From: Pirellulales bacterium
GTDB taxonomy: Bacteria; Planctomycetota; Planctomycetia; Pirellulales; JADZDJ01
Length of the DNA: 64,000 nt
Direction of reading: 5' to 3'
NCBI GenBank assembly: GCA_963820835.1
Contig: CAWGBP010000005.1
Span: 6,257-70,256 of the forward strand
Part shown: in pieces, positions 48,481 to 61,800 of the stretch
How the letters are laid out: the number at the start of each line of letters is the position of its first letter
Numbering within the stretch: the first letter of the stretch is position 1
Program-made: the position numbers and the translations under genes
The notes under the pieces: model-generated
Told to the model about the DNA's origin: nothing
What the model saw: only the letters and a program-made list of their open reading frames with translations
The model's database searches: none

Positions 48481-49302
48481 TTGTTTTCCGGTTTGACTAT
48501 GGCCGCTCCGCACGGATATGTCGAAAAACTCGCCGAGCTTTCAGCCGCCGCGCGCCCTTTCGCCTCAGTCACGCTCGTGGAAGCGATCGGCAGCACTCCT
48601 CAAGACACCGGCACCAAAATGCTGGTCGACGATTCGGGATTGCTGTTTGGGACTGTCGGTGGCGGCAAGGTCGAAAACCAAGCCATTCAATACGCGCAAA
48701 GAATGTTGGCCAATGGCGCAGCTCAAACTTGCCAGCTCGTCGAATGGAACCTGCAGCGCGACGTCGGGATGACTTGCGGCGGCGTGGTCAAACTGTTTTT
48801 CGAGGCGTACAACTTTCGCCAGTGGCGCGTCGTGGTATTCGGAGCCGGCCATGTCTCCCAGGCGCTCGTGCGCCTGCTGCTCTTGTTGGAATGTCGTGTG
48901 GTCTGCGTTGATCAGCGCCCTGAGTGGCTGGCCAAGCTGCCACAAGCTCCCAAGCTGCGCACCAGGCACTTAAATGAACCGCGCGAGTTCGTCCCCGAAC
49001 TGCGCAGCGACGACTTCGCAATCTGCATGACTATGGGACACAAGACCGATCGGCCGATCTTGTGCGCGATTCTCGAAAAGCGCCTCAACTTAGCATACCT
49101 GGGCGTGATCGGCAGCCAAGCTAAGCGCAAAATCCTTGTTCGCGAACTCCTTGAAGACGGCATCCCCGCTGATGTCGTCGAAAACTTCCGCTGCCCCGTC
49201 GGCCTGCCGCTGGGCACCAATCAGCCAGGCGAAATTGCCGTCAGCATCGCGGCGGAGTTGATTCAATGCCGCGACGCGCTACAGTCGGCAGAATCGAAAT
49301 AG
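48481..49302 (+). CDS. xdhC: XdhC/CoxI-family molybdenum-cofactor insertion chaperone
   Basis: N-terminal XdhC_CoxI domain (FASVTLVEAIGSTPQDTGTKMLV) and a Rossmann-like XdhC_C domain (VVVFGAGHVSQAL). Confidence 0.8.
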   Translation: MFSGLTMAAPHGYVEKLAELSAAARPFASVTLVEAIGSTPQDTGTKMLVDDSGLLFGTVGGGKVENQAIQYAQRMLANGAAQTCQLVEWNLQRDVGMTCGGVVKLFFEAYNFRQWRVVVFGAGHVSQALVRLLLLLECRVVCVDQRPEWLAKLPQAPKLRTRHLNEPREFVPELRSDDFAICMTMGHKTDRPILCAILEKRLNLAYLGVIGSQAKRKILVRELLEDGIPADVVENFRCPVGLPLGTNQPGEIAVSIAAELIQCRDALQSAESK

Positions 49303-49487
49303 TATCGCAAGCGCATGCTTTTTGGATCACTCCCACCTGCAGTTGTTGGAAAAAGACCCCGAAGGCTATCGCACCGCGGTATTGGCTTTTTTAAACAGCA
49401 TCAAATCATCGCAGTAAGCCAAGCTACGCTTTCATTGGACGAAGTAATTAATAGGCGTGTGATAACCCGCGGCACCCTTGGTGCTCT

Positions 49488-50438
49488 ATGCCGTTGCGAC
49501 TATTGTTTATAATCGCGCTGTCCGCATTTTTCCTTTGGAATTCTCCGGCGCTTATGTCTGCTCCCACGAGCACTGAAAAGACGAACTCGGTCGATGGCCT
49601 CACGCGCACGTATCGGCTGTTTGTGCCTGCGGGCGCTAAGGAACCGTTGCCGGTTGTTGTCATGCTGCACGGCGGCGGGGGCAGCGCGGCCCAAATGGAG
49701 CGCTACAGCAAGTTCGACGATTCGGCCCAGCGCGATGGTTTTCTGGTGATTTACCCCGAGGCTGTCGATGGAAATTGGAACGATGGGCGCGGCATGGATT
49801 TTATTCGCGCCCAGCGCGAGAACATCGACGATGTTAAATTCATTCGCGCTTGCATTGACGAGGTCGCAAAGGACCACAAGCTTGATCGGAGCCGCATTTT
49901 CGCCACGGGAATCTCCAACGGCGGGCTGATGTCGCACCGGCTGGCGGCCGAAGCCTCCGACCTAGTCGCCGGCATCGCGCCGGTCTCGGGCGGTTTAGCG
50001 CCGGCGATTGCCGAGAGGTTCAATCCGAAGTATCCCGTTTCGATTCTGATTATTCAGGGAGATGCCGATCCGCTGGTGCCCATCGATGGCGGCGAAATAT
50101 CACTTGGATTCGGGCGCAAGCGCGGCAAGGTAATTCCCACCAAAGACACACTCGGCAAATATCTCGAGCGCAACGGCAGCCACGGCGAGCCGACGGTCAG
50201 CATCCTCGATGGCGACCCGCACGATGGCACAACCGTCGTGATCAGCAAATATCCCGACGGCCCCGGCGGCGTGAAGATGGAGTATTACCTGGTTAAAAAC
50301 GGTGGCCATACCTGGCCGGGCCGACCGCTTTATTTGCCCGAGAGCATCATTGGCGTCGCCAGCCAAAAATTCACTGCCAGCGATGTGATTTGCGACTTCT
50401 TCAAAAGCTGCCCGTCGCGAGTAGCAACACCGCAGTAG
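49488..50438 (+). CDS. Secreted alpha/beta-hydrolase esterase (PHB-depolymerase-like family)
   Basis: Signal peptide, oxyanion region VVMLHGGGGSA and nucleophile elbow GISNGG. Confidence 0.6.
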   Translation: MPLRLLFIIALSAFFLWNSPALMSAPTSTEKTNSVDGLTRTYRLFVPAGAKEPLPVVVMLHGGGGSAAQMERYSKFDDSAQRDGFLVIYPEAVDGNWNDGRGMDFIRAQRENIDDVKFIRACIDEVAKDHKLDRSRIFATGISNGGLMSHRLAAEASDLVAGIAPVSGGLAPAIAERFNPKYPVSILIIQGDADPLVPIDGGEISLGFGRKRGKVIPTKDTLGKYLERNGSHGEPTVSILDGDPHDGTTVVISKYPDGPGGVKMEYYLVKNGGHTWPGRPLYLPESIIGVASQKFTASDVICDFFKSCPSRVATPQ

Positions 50439-50650
50439 TTTTGTCGCATAAAGCTCCGGCCGTAATCTTTCCCAAGCTTCACCAAACGAAGCAACCGGCA
50501 CGGTCTCCTACCAGACTGCGTTAACCCAGGCAAACTTTGCCGACTGTTCGGTTAGATATGGAGATGCTCACAAGGTTTGTCGATACGGCCATTCAGGACT
50601 ATTGCGCATTGCCCGCTTGGAATGCATTTAATGCTTGCACGGAGGCTGCC

Positions 50651-51949
50651 ATGAGATTTGGGGGACGCGTTTTTACCGGATGCATCGCGCTGGCTCTGGC
50701 GGCCGCGCCGGCCATGGCCGACAATCTTTGGTCTCCCCCGCCGCTTTCGCGCTCCGACAGCTACGATCCGTTCGTGCAGCCGGTCGGTGATTCGCAAAAC
50801 GGAGCCGCGATGGACTCGAGCTTGGAAAGCGTCATCGCTCGTACCGCCGGCTATATGCGGCCAGCGAATTCGCCCACGCCGGCTCAGTTGCCGACCGCTT
50901 CGTCAGTACAAACCGTTGCGCAGCCCATCGCACAACCGACGGCGCCGGTGCAAATGTCCGCCACCGCCAGTTGTGGCGACACGGCGACCAGCGCCTCGAC
51001 ATGCCCCTCGTGCCCAACGTGCGGCTGCTGCTGCGACAATTTGTTTGAAAACCGCTGTGGGGCGTTTGTCGATTTCTTATATTTGCGTGCCTACGACATC
51101 GATATGGCGCACGGCATTCAGCAAAATGGCGTGGGTGGTTTAGGCACCGCGCCCGATGGTGCTGTCGGCACCTGCGTGCCGCAATTCGCACCGGGTTTCC
51201 GCGTTGGCGCCAATTTCGCTTGCGATTGCGACTCAGGATTCAGCGTCGACTACATGCAATACTCAGACAGTTCAAGCAATATCATTTTTGCTCCGGCGGG
51301 GATTGGTGGGACTACTGCCTCGCTCGTGCTGTTTCCGAACACGGTCACCGCCGCTTCGACGTTCGATTTCCTCTCGGCCAACTACGATATTCGCTTCGAC
51401 ATCGCCGATGTCGATTACGCTGTGAACTTGGCGCGCAATGGCTGGGCGAATTTGAATTACCATATCGGCGTTCGCTATGCCCATTTGGATCAAGGCTTTG
51501 AACAATTGGCCGAATTCTCCGGCGCGACCGGCGAAGAACAGACCAATACCGATATCCTCTTCGACGGCGTGGGGCTCCGCACGGGCTTCGATGGCGAGTG
51601 GCGAATTCACAAAAGCCGCTTCGCTCTATACGGCAAAGGAACGATCAACGTGCTCTTCGGCCAATTTTCTAGCAACTACCGGCAGTACGACGTGACGACC
51701 GACACGGTCGAAGCCTTGTCGCACTGGACCGATAGCCGCGTGGTGCCGATTTTGGAATACGAAGCGGGCATCAATTGGACGAGCTGCAACGACCACTTCC
51801 GCGTGGGCGCGGGTTACATGACCCAGTTCTGGTTCAACGCAGTCGATACCGCCGAGTTCATTCAAGCGGTTCAGAACCAGAGCTTCACGCATGTTGGCCA
51901 GACGATCGCCTTCACCGGTTTAGTCGCCCACGCCGAATTCCAGTTCTAA
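50651..51949 (+). CDS. Outer-membrane beta-barrel protein (Legionella major-OMP / BBP7-like) with Cys-rich N-terminal segment
   Basis: Signal peptide MRFGGRVFTGCIALALAAAPAMA. Cys cluster CPSCPTCGCCCDN. Alternating amphipathic strands and a terminal ...HAEFQF aromatic residue. The longer ORF from 50537 is probably an overcall. Confidence 0.55.
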   Translation: MRFGGRVFTGCIALALAAAPAMADNLWSPPPLSRSDSYDPFVQPVGDSQNGAAMDSSLESVIARTAGYMRPANSPTPAQLPTASSVQTVAQPIAQPTAPVQMSATASCGDTATSASTCPSCPTCGCCCDNLFENRCGAFVDFLYLRAYDIDMAHGIQQNGVGGLGTAPDGAVGTCVPQFAPGFRVGANFACDCDSGFSVDYMQYSDSSSNIIFAPAGIGGTTASLVLFPNTVTAASTFDFLSANYDIRFDIADVDYAVNLARNGWANLNYHIGVRYAHLDQGFEQLAEFSGATGEEQTNTDILFDGVGLRTGFDGEWRIHKSRFALYGKGTINVLFGQFSSNYRQYDVTTDTVEALSHWTDSRVVPILEYEAGINWTSCNDHFRVGAGYMTQFWFNAVDTAEFIQAVQNQSFTHVGQTIAFTGLVAHAEFQF

Positions 51950-52000
51950 GATCCTGCCAGTTTAAGCTCACGGCCCATTCACAGTAAGCGAAATTAATAA

Positions 52001-52037
52001 CCGGTCGGGCGCACCCAGAGCGCTCGGCCGGTTTTTT
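52001..52037 (+). terminator. Rho-independent terminator (12-bp stem ccggtcgggcgc/gcgctcggccgg with 2 GU pairs, then TTTTTT)
   Basis: Read directly from the sequence, downstream of the OMP gene. Confidence 0.55.
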
Positions 52038-52319
52038 ACGCGCTCTCAGTCTGTGTGGCGCCTCCCGGAACTACGCTACTCCGCATCTTCGATGGCGAGT
52101 GATCGCTTCGATTGCCTTTCCCGCAACCACATTGCGCGCCAATTCTCGTTGACTTAGGCCTTAAACGCCCCCAGAAAACAGGGCGTTTTTTATTGACTTC
52201 GGTCACTCGGCTGCATAATCTGGTCACTACTTGCAAGTGTGTCGACGCTGCCAGAGATTAGGCCCACTGGTCGATCGTTTGCACTCATCCTGACCGCACA
52301 TCTTCAAGAGGCTGCACCA

Positions 52320-55300
52320 ATGCGACGCAACTCGAACCACAAAAAATCTGCGCACAAAATAAACGCACTCGCTTTGACCGGTGGCTTTCTAACTGGCGAT
52401 CAACGGAACGTTCACTGTCCCTGCGATTCGAACAACTCGAAGAACGCCAGATGTTGTCGACCACCACGGTCACGCTCGATAACACTCAGGAAAGCATCGT
52501 CATCCGCGTCAATCCGCAAGACTCCAACAAACTCCAGGTTTATGTTGACGGCGGCAACGGCGCTATTGTAGCCACGCCGGACAACAACACGTCCGATGAC
52601 ATCAATGTGGTCGGCGACGGGAACAACAATCGTGTCACAATCGACAGTACGTTCGGCGTGGTGAACGCCCCTGTCGAATTCGACGGCGGCGGAACTTCCG
52701 GCCCCCCCGGCGATCAGATGATTGTGGTCGGCACCAGCGGCGACGATACGCTCGTCCTCACGCCGACCGATTCGGTTAGCGCCAGCATGACGTTCGATCC
52801 GCCCACGACGGATCCAAATTCCAACTACTCCTTCACCAACATCCAGCAGTTTTCCTTTTATGGCGCCGCCGGCAACGACACGATGACCGTCGACAGCAGC
52901 ACTTCGCTCATCGGAACGCCGTGTTATTCGACGGCGACAATGGACTTTTGTTTGAATCTGGCGGGGCGCCGGGTGGCTCGGTCGGCGGCGGCAGCTTCTC
53001 TCAGGGTAACGGTTTCGATGAGTTGATTCTGACGCAAGGGGGCGACAACGCACCCACCATCACTTCCGACCATTTGGCCCCCGGCGCTACTCCCGGTTCA
53101 GGTCAAAGCATCGTTAGTGACGGGACCACCACTCAAAACGTGTTCTTCCAGAATTTGGAGCCGGTGTTCGATTCGATCCCTTCTGCCGAATTTCACCATC
53201 GCCAGCGTTCCCGGAGTGGCCAGCGTGCTGGATGCCAGCAATGCGATCAATTACACCTCGCAAGATGTCTCGATCACGATTTTGAACACGCCGATCCATC
53301 TCTTCAATGAAGGCGATCTAACGATCGACAATTTCGAGCCGATCGGATTCACGAATAAGGACCATTTGATCATCGACGCCGGCGCCGGCAGCGACGAAAT
53401 CAACCTGAATGGCTCGGTCGCTCCCGACGGCGATACCATGGCTTCGCTCCAGGATATCACTGTCAACGGCGACGATCCCACCGCCAGCGATACCGTCATC
53501 GTCAACGGCACCACGGCCAAAGACACCATCAATTTCTCTCCCACGGCGATCGACGCCGGTATCGTTACGGGCGCTGGCCCAGTGGCAATTAATTTGGCCA
53601 CTGTGGAACACCTGACCATCAACGGTCAAGGCGGCGACGATGCACTCACCATCACCACCCCCACCGGCAACGATCTCATCACCCTCAATCCCGGACCGGT
53701 CGAAGATCAAGGCTCGGTCACGATGCGCCGCTCCAACATGTTTGGCGGTTCGCAACTGTTGGGGGTCGATTACTTAAATCTCGGCGGCAACAATGGCACC
53801 GTCACCTTCGCCAGCAACGGCGGCGCTCGGGAAGATTTCCTCACCTATAACCCCATCAATGTTGCCAACTCCAGCGATATATTCACTGTCAATTCAGATG
53901 GCAGCATTAACTATGCTCTTGCCAGTTCCACCGGCGGCCAGGCAGCACAGGTCGGCGTCTTCACTCCGGGCGTCAGCGCTCTCACGCTCAATGGCCTCGG
54001 CGGTGACGACTTCTTCTACGTCCCCGGCAATCATCCATTCACAGGCGGCGTATTCGTCAATGGCGGCGATCCTTCCGGCAGCGACACGCTGAATTTCACC
54101 GGATCAGCCAATTCTGTCACCGTGGATCTTGGCCTTTCGACCATCACGGAACTGTCTTTCAATCCCGTCCAGTATATCGGCATCGAAAGAGTCAATCTCA
54201 CCATTGCAAATCAACCGATGGTGGTCAAAGGCACCGCCGGCGACGACACTTTCAACTTCACTCCCAGCGCGGCCAATGCCGGCAGCTTCACCGCCGCCTC
54301 CACAGGCGCCGTGGTAAGCACTAGCCCGCTGTTCACGTACACTGGCGCCGGTCCCTCCATTGCCATCGACGGCGGCACGGCGGGCTTCGATACCCTGGGC
54401 CTCACCGCCACCGCAGGAAATGACACCATCAACGCCGTGCAAACCGGCAGCAGTTCGCTGAGCTTCACACTAAACGCTTTCACTACCAGTTTCAGCGCTT
54501 TGAATTCGATCGAAGCCGCCGACATTTTCGCGCTCGCCGGCAACGATATTATCCGCGTCAGCGTGGCCGATGCCTTGGAAACCACCCATCCCGAGACCGC
54601 TTTGCGCTTCGATGTCGACGGGGGCCCCCCCAATGCCAACGATCGCCTGATCGTCAACGACGACGGCCTGGGGGATTTGATTCTGTGGCGGCAATCCGAC
54701 GACAATCAAAGCGGTTCAATCACCGTCGGCGCTTTCGCCCCCGTGACTTACACCAACATCGAACGCGTCGATATTACGCCGGTCGATCCCATCACCGGCG
54801 GCACCGGCACCGATGGCGACGGCCGCATCAAGGTCTTCCACACCGATCCGTTCGAGTACAACGATACGCTCCCCAATGCCGCGCAACTGCAGCGCATCGG
54901 CGACGATCCCAATAGCCCGAACATCGATCCCGCTGGCATTCCTGGCTTCAATCTTCCGGGCGACAACGATTTTTACGTCTTCCGCCCGCAGGCCACCGGC
55001 ACCTACCAGGTCGGCATTCTGTTCAAGACTCTCGCCACCTTGGCCAATGGCCGTCCCGGCTTGCCCGGCAATGGCGATTTGAACCTCGAAATTTACGACG
55101 CCAACGGCAACCTCATCACCACCGGCACCGCCAATTCCGATGGCAGCGGCAAAACCGCAACTTTTGCAGCGACCAACGATCCGAACTTCCCGCAGTTCAA
55201 CACGATTTACGTCCGTGTGCTCGGCGCCACGCCCCCCTCGATCAACGACTACGACTTCAACAACATCGCCGCGCTCATCACCGGCTTGCCGGGCGTCAGC

Positions 55301-58300
55301 GCCGCCGATCTGGAAGGCCCGCAAGTTACCGATGTGCGGATCAGCGACCCCAACACGCCTCCCAACGGCACCGACGGCGAAAACTTGAATTACAACTTGT
55401 TTGGCCTGAAACCGAACAATGCGCCGCAAGGCCCCACTCCGCTCGTCAATTCGATCACAGTCAACTTCCAAGACTTGCCGGCCCGCTTCCCGGGCTTTCT
55501 CTATCCGGCCATCGACTACATGCTCACCGCCGACCAGGCCCGCGGCCTGTTCTCGGTGGTCGGCGATGCCAACGGCCAAGTGGCCATCAAGGAAGTCATC
55601 ATCCACAATGATGCCGTTACGCTCGGCGGAGTCCCAACGGCCGAAATCCAAATCATCTTCGAAAAAGCGCTACCCGACGATCGATTCACGCTGACCATCA
55701 GCGATAGCCTTCGCGATCCCGCCCAAAATGAGCTCGACGGCGAAAGCAACGCCTCCCAGCCCAACAACGGACCATTCTTCCCCAGCGGTGATGGCCACTC
55801 GGGCGGCGATTTCGTGGCCCGCTTCACCGTCGATACCCGACCCGAACTCGCCGATTTCGCCGCCGCTCGGGTCTATGTTGATATCAACGGCAACAGCATT
55901 TACGATCCCACCAACGCCGACTTCACCAACCGCGACCTCATCTTCACCATGCAGTTGGATCCCTCGCTGCTCGGTCGCGCTCAGCTCGGTGTCCACGACA
56001 GCGTGTTCGTCGGCAACTTCGCCAATAGTTCCGGCGTCGCCGACGGCTTCTCCAAGCTCGGCCTCTACGGCACCGATCCGGTCGCAGGCGTCGGTTTCCG
56101 CTGGCTCTTGGATACCGACGATAACGGCACCGCCGATCTGCTTTCCTTCCAAGCAACCGGCTTCACGATGTTCGACCAGAACGGCGCCCCTGTGGTGTTT
56201 AAAGGCAGCGGCATCGCTTTCGCTGGCAATTTCGACGGAAACGCCGACAACGGCGACGAAATCGGCCTGTTCGATGGAACTCACTTCTTCCTCGATACCA
56301 ATCACAATAATGTGATCGACTCCGGCGACACCGTCATCACTTCCGCATTGCGCGGCACCCCCATCGTCGGCGATTTCAACGGCGACGGCGCCATCGATTT
56401 GGGCACCTGGCAGAACGACGTTTTCCAGTTTAACTTCGGCGTCCCCGGCACCGGCGGCAACTCCGGCATTCCGGTGCAGTTAAGCGGCGCGGTCGATGCC
56501 ACCATCAACTTCGGCTTCCCAGGCGTCGGCGAAGTTCCCATTGCCGCCGACATGGATCACGACGGCATCACCGATATCGGGCTCTGGGTTCCCGGCCGCG
56601 CCGGCTCCAGCACCGCCGACATCGCAGAAACCTATTTCCTCATTTCCAACGATTTCGAAGCCAACGGCCTGCCGCGCAACACCGGCCTGACCGATCCCAA
56701 TGCCGCTTTCAACTTGCTGAACCACGCGTTCAGCCCCACGCCGCTAGGCAGCGATCTGTACTCGAACTTCCTCGACGAATTCGCCACGCCGATTGTCGGC
56801 AACTTCGATCCGCCGGTCGTCCCCAACTCGCCGCAGTTGGCGACCGACACCACTCCGCCTACCAGTTCCGTCAGCGCGCTTGCCGCCACGCAAACCTCGC
56901 TGGGATTCACCGTCCGTTGGAGCGGCTCCGACGCCAGCGGCATCGCCAGTTACGATGTGTACGTGTCCGACAATGGCGGCGCATTCACCCAGTGGCAGTC
57001 CGATACCACCAATACCTCCGCCGTCTTCACCGGCGTCAACGGCCACACCTACCGCTTCTTCAGCGTGGCGACCGACAATGCCGGCAACGTGCAAGACACC
57101 CCCGCCACCGCGCAAGCCAGCACCATCCTTGCCATTCGCTCACTCACCACCACTGTGTTGTCTGTCGCCAGCAGCACGGTGGTGCCCGGACAATCGGTTT
57201 CGTTCACGGCCGCGGTCAGCCCGGTCGATTCCAGCAATCCGGTTCCCGCCGGCACCGTCACCTTCAAAGATGGTAAGACCGTACTGGGAACCGTCACGTT
57301 GGTTAGCGGTCAGGCCACGTTCACTGCGGCAAGTCTGTCCGCAGGCAGTCACAGCATCACCGCCACGTACAATGCGCAGGCGCCCAGCGTCGGCAGCGTT
57401 TCGACGACGCTGGTCGAGCACGTCGTCAGCGCCGCGCTAGAGCCCAATCCGAACAATCCGGCACTGTCCGCATTGTTCGTCGGCGGCACCACGGGCAACG
57501 ACATCATCACCGTGTCGTTCGGTCCCTCGGGCGTCACTGTCTCGATCAGCAACAGTTCCACCAAGAACAAGACCACATCGCTCGGTACGTTTAACCCGCC
57601 GGGCGGAATGTTCGTGTTCGGCCTGGGAGGGACCGATACCCTTGTGGCCCCTAACATGGCCAACGCGTGGAACATCACCGGCGCTAATTCCGGCACGCTC
57701 AACGGCAACCCGTTCAATAGCATCGAAAACATCACCGGTGGCAGCCTGGCTGACGTGTTCCAATTGAATGCCGGCGGCAGCCTCAGCGGCACGATCAACG
57801 GCGGCGCCGGCGCCGACACGCTGGTGGGCGCCAACCAGGCCAATACCTGGAGCGTCAGCAATTCCAACGCCGGCAAGCTGAACGGCACCTCATTCACCGG
57901 AATCGAAAATCTTTCCGGCGGCAACCAGAACGACAACTTCGTGCTCGCAAAATCGAAGGGAGTTACCGGCCACATCGACGGCGGGGCGGGCATCAACATG
58001 CTCGACTACGCCGCATACTCAAGCTCGGTCGTCGTCAATCTCGCCACCGGCACGGCCACGAACATCGGCGGCGGCATCGGCAACATCAGCGTGGTGCGAG
58101 GCGGCTCAGGAAATGACACGCTGACCGCCGACAACGGCAACGATGTGTTGATCGGCGGCTCCGGCAGCGACAAGCTCTTCGCCGCAGGCGGCCGCGCGTT
58201 GCTCTTCGGCGGAACTGGCGCCGATACGCTCGCTGGCGGCGCCGGCGAAAGCATCCTCTTCAGCGGCACCACTAAGTTCGACAGCAATCTGGCAATGATC

Positions 58301-58531
58301 GATAATCTGCTCGCCTACTGGTCGCGCACCGATCTCGATTACGCTACGCGCGTGAGCAGCCTGAAAGTCGGCGTGTCCGGAATCTCCCCGCTGAACTCCA
58401 CCAATGTGACCAACGACACTTCCGCCGACACACTCACCGGCGGCAGCGGATTGGATTGGTACTTCGCCAAACTTTCGGGAAGCTCGAAAGATACCGTGAG
58501 CGGCCAGAGCAGCGATGAACAGGTAAATTAG
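52320..58531 (+). CDS. Giant secreted modular adhesin-like protein (~2050 aa) with at least three frameshifts (near 52345, 52920, 53190)
   Basis: N-terminal MRRNSNHKK...LEERQMLS Planctomycete-type leader. The ~400-aa module TVDSS...DGGxGxDxL...NLEPV...NAINYT...IDAGAGxDxINL...GGDPTASDT is shared with the next gene. FG-GAP-like repeats (GDFNGDGAIDLG, DMDHDGITDIG). FN3-like and Ig-like domains. RTX-like GGxGxDxL repeats at the C-terminus. Confidence 0.7.
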
Positions 58532-58880
58532 GCCCGTTCACAATTGCCGGCCCGTCGCGCCAGGATCTCGCAACGTCGTGCGCGCCCGCAGCTAAGCCGT
58601 TTTGCTCACTGGATTAACGCATGCTGCGGGCCTGCCGAGCGGGCAACCTCCAGACGACTCTACTGGCGAATCTCTGGCGATGCACAGCTTCTCTACGGCA
58701 TCACCCGCCAGCGCCAAGCAACCGGCAATCTGGGAAAGATATGTCGATTTCGTTGACTTCGCTCTCCTAGCTGCTTATTCTGGCGGCTGATTGTTTCTGG
58801 GCCTATTCCGCCGCGTAACTGGTGGCCGGAGGAGGTTGCTGTCTGACGTCGATAAGAATCAGCTTCAAGAGGATGCAACG

Positions 58881-61800
58881 ATGCGACGCAATTGGTTTCG
58901 TAACCGTGTGGGGCGTAAAAACAGCAAGGCACTATCGAGAGGGCAAGTCGGCAAGTCGCGAATTGATTCGCGGGCCGCATTCTTTGGCGCGCTCGAGCGA
59001 TTAGAAGACCGGCGCTTACTGGTCGTCTGGAACATCACGGGCGATCTGCTCGCCAATAGGAACGATACGCTGCTGCTGCAACAAGACGGCTCGGGAAATG
59101 ACGTCGCCATTTTAAATGGAGTCACGGTTCTCACTGCACCCTCATCGACAGTCACCCAAATCAATTTCAACGCACTTACGGGCAATGACACTCTGACGGT
59201 CGACAGTTCCAACGGCTTAGTAGCTCCCACAGACGGAATCCATTACGACGGTGGCGCGGGATTCGACAGCCTCACGCTTCAACAGAGTGGCGGCCCGACG
59301 ATTCTGTCCGACCAGTTGGCCATTGGCGCCAGCTCGGGCTCCGGGCTGAGCACGATTACCGACACATCGCATAACGTTCAAAACATTTACTATCAGAATC
59401 TCGAGCCTGTGAATGATTTTGTTCCATCTCCAAATTTTTCGATCAGCGGCGGACCCGGCGCGACCATTCTCGATGCCGATAATGCGATCAATTACGTCGC
59501 ATTCCTCGGCGATGGCTTCGTATCCATCGACAATGCCGAACCGATCGCCTTCAGCTCTAAAGACCATCTGTTGATCGACGCGGGCGCAGGCAACGACACG
59601 ATCAATATCGCCGGCGGCACTGCGCCTGCTGGCGACACACTTGCTTCGCTCGCCGATATCACAGTGACCGGCGGCGACCCCAGCGGCATCGCTTCCGACA
59701 CGCTGATTGTCGAAGGCCAAACCAGCAGCGATTCCATCAACTACAGCCCCTCCAGCACCATCGGTTCGGGCACGGTGCAGGTGAATTCCGACCCAGCTAT
59801 TTTGTTCAACACCGTCGAATCGGTCGTGATCGACGGTCAAGGCAGCGGCGACATGTTGCACGTTGTCACGCCTGCCGGCGGCAATTCCATCACCTATACG
59901 CCCGGCGCCACGGTCGACTCCGGCACGATTGATATTACCGGCTCAGCATCGAACAACACCACGCTGGTGCCGCTTACGTTCCAGCACCTCGGCACCAACG
60001 CCGTCGTCACCTTCAACACCAACAGCGACAGCCCGGAAGATACCCTCACTGTTTACGGCACCAACTCCAGTGATTTTTTCGAAATGATCGGCACCACAGG
60101 CGAACTCATCAGTTCGTTCTCTGTGGGAATCGCCACGCCCGGTATCGACAACCTCAATTTAAAAGGCCTGGCCGGCAACGATATCTTCCTCGTCTATGGT
60201 CCGCAACCGTTTGAATTCTTGGGTATCGACGGCGGCGATCCGTCCGGTACCGGCAGCGACATCGTCAGCCTGCAAGGCGCCACCGGTAATGTGACCGCCG
60301 ATTTTGGCGACACCATCGGTTCGACGCCGGGCGCCGAAGTCGATGGCTACGGCAGCACGATCAGCATGATCGGCGTCGAAACCGCCAATCTCGACGTCAA
60401 CGGCCATGCCCTGACGATTTTGGGATTCCTCAATCAACCCGATTCCATTTCCTACACCCCCACCGGTGCCGGTTCCGGCACTGTTAGCGATGCGGGCTTT
60501 GCCCCCGTTTACAACTTCGCAAATGTCTCCACGGTCCCTGGCTTCTTTGTCATCGATCCGCAGGCAGGCAGCGACACGGTTACGGTCAATGGCACGGCAG
60601 GCAACGATAATATCGTCGTCACGAAATCCGGCCTCTACACAATGGTCACCGTCAACGGCATGCTTGGCGCCACCATCCTGAGCGCCGACGCTGCCTCGTT
60701 GGACGTCAACGGCTTGACCGGCGATGACAGCCTCACCGTCGATAGCTCCAACGGTGCGGTTGCCATTCCCATTACCTACGACGGCGGCGTCGGCCACGAT
60801 TCACTGACCTTAACCGGCGGAACGGCAATCTCTGATACTTACTCCCCCGGTCCGATTGCTGGCAGCGGCAATATCAGCCTTGATTTCAGCGGCAACCTGA
60901 CTGAGGTCGTCAACTTCCTGAATCTGGAACCCGTGACCGACGATGTCACTGCAATCGCCGCGATCGTCAACGGCACCGATGCGAACAATGCCATCAACTA
61001 CACCGAAGGCAATTCCGATACCGGCGAGGGCCTGGTCACCGTGGATGATCAGGAGGGCTACTACTTCTCGAACAAAACGCACCTCTACATCAACGCCGGC
61101 GCCGGCGATGACGTCATCAATTTGAACAACCCCAGCACTCCGCCCGGTCTCATAGATATCACCGTTACCGGCGGCGATCCCACCGCCAGCGACACGCTGA
61201 TCGTTAACGGCACCAGTGGGATGGACACCTTCGACTACAACCCGGCAACCATCGGCACCGGCGCCATATCAAACTCCGGTCTGCAGCCCCCGCTTTACTT
61301 CGATGGGATTGAAGCGGTGACGATCGACGGCCAAGGGGGCGGCGACTCGCTGCACGTCGTTACGCCGTCCGGCGGAAATTATATTTCCTACACCCCAGGC
61401 GCCGCTCCCGACTCCGGCACGATTGCGGTTACCAATTCGCTCAGCATTAACACCGCTCTTGTACCCCTGACGTTCCAACACATTGGCACCTCGGGCAGCG
61501 TCACGTTTAACACTAACAACGACGGTCCCGATGACGTTCTGACAGTCTACGGCACCAACAACAGCGATATCTTTAACGTCACCGGTAGTTCCGGGCAGGT
61601 GCAGATCACTGATACCAGTGCTACTGCTGTTACGGATGTGCTTCATACCGACAGCATTATCTATCTTAAACTCGATAGCCTGGACGGCGATGACATTTTC
61701 AGAATCACCGGTCCGTTGTCCTATGACTTCGTCTCTATCGATGGCGGCGATCCATCGGCCAGCGACATTGTCAATCTCAGCGGCGCTAACGGCCCGGTGA

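Noticed and set aside
50537-50650. Extended N-terminus of the OMP gene (ORF start at 50537)
   Set aside because: A canonical signal peptide begins at the internal Met at 50651. The upstream 38 residues are not signal-like and are probably an ORF-caller overextension.
59217-60797. Minus-strand ORFs of 214 aa and 212 aa inside giant gene 2
   Set aside because: Antisense to a long uninterrupted modular ORF with conserved repeats. They are Gly/Ala/Asp-rich mirror translations.
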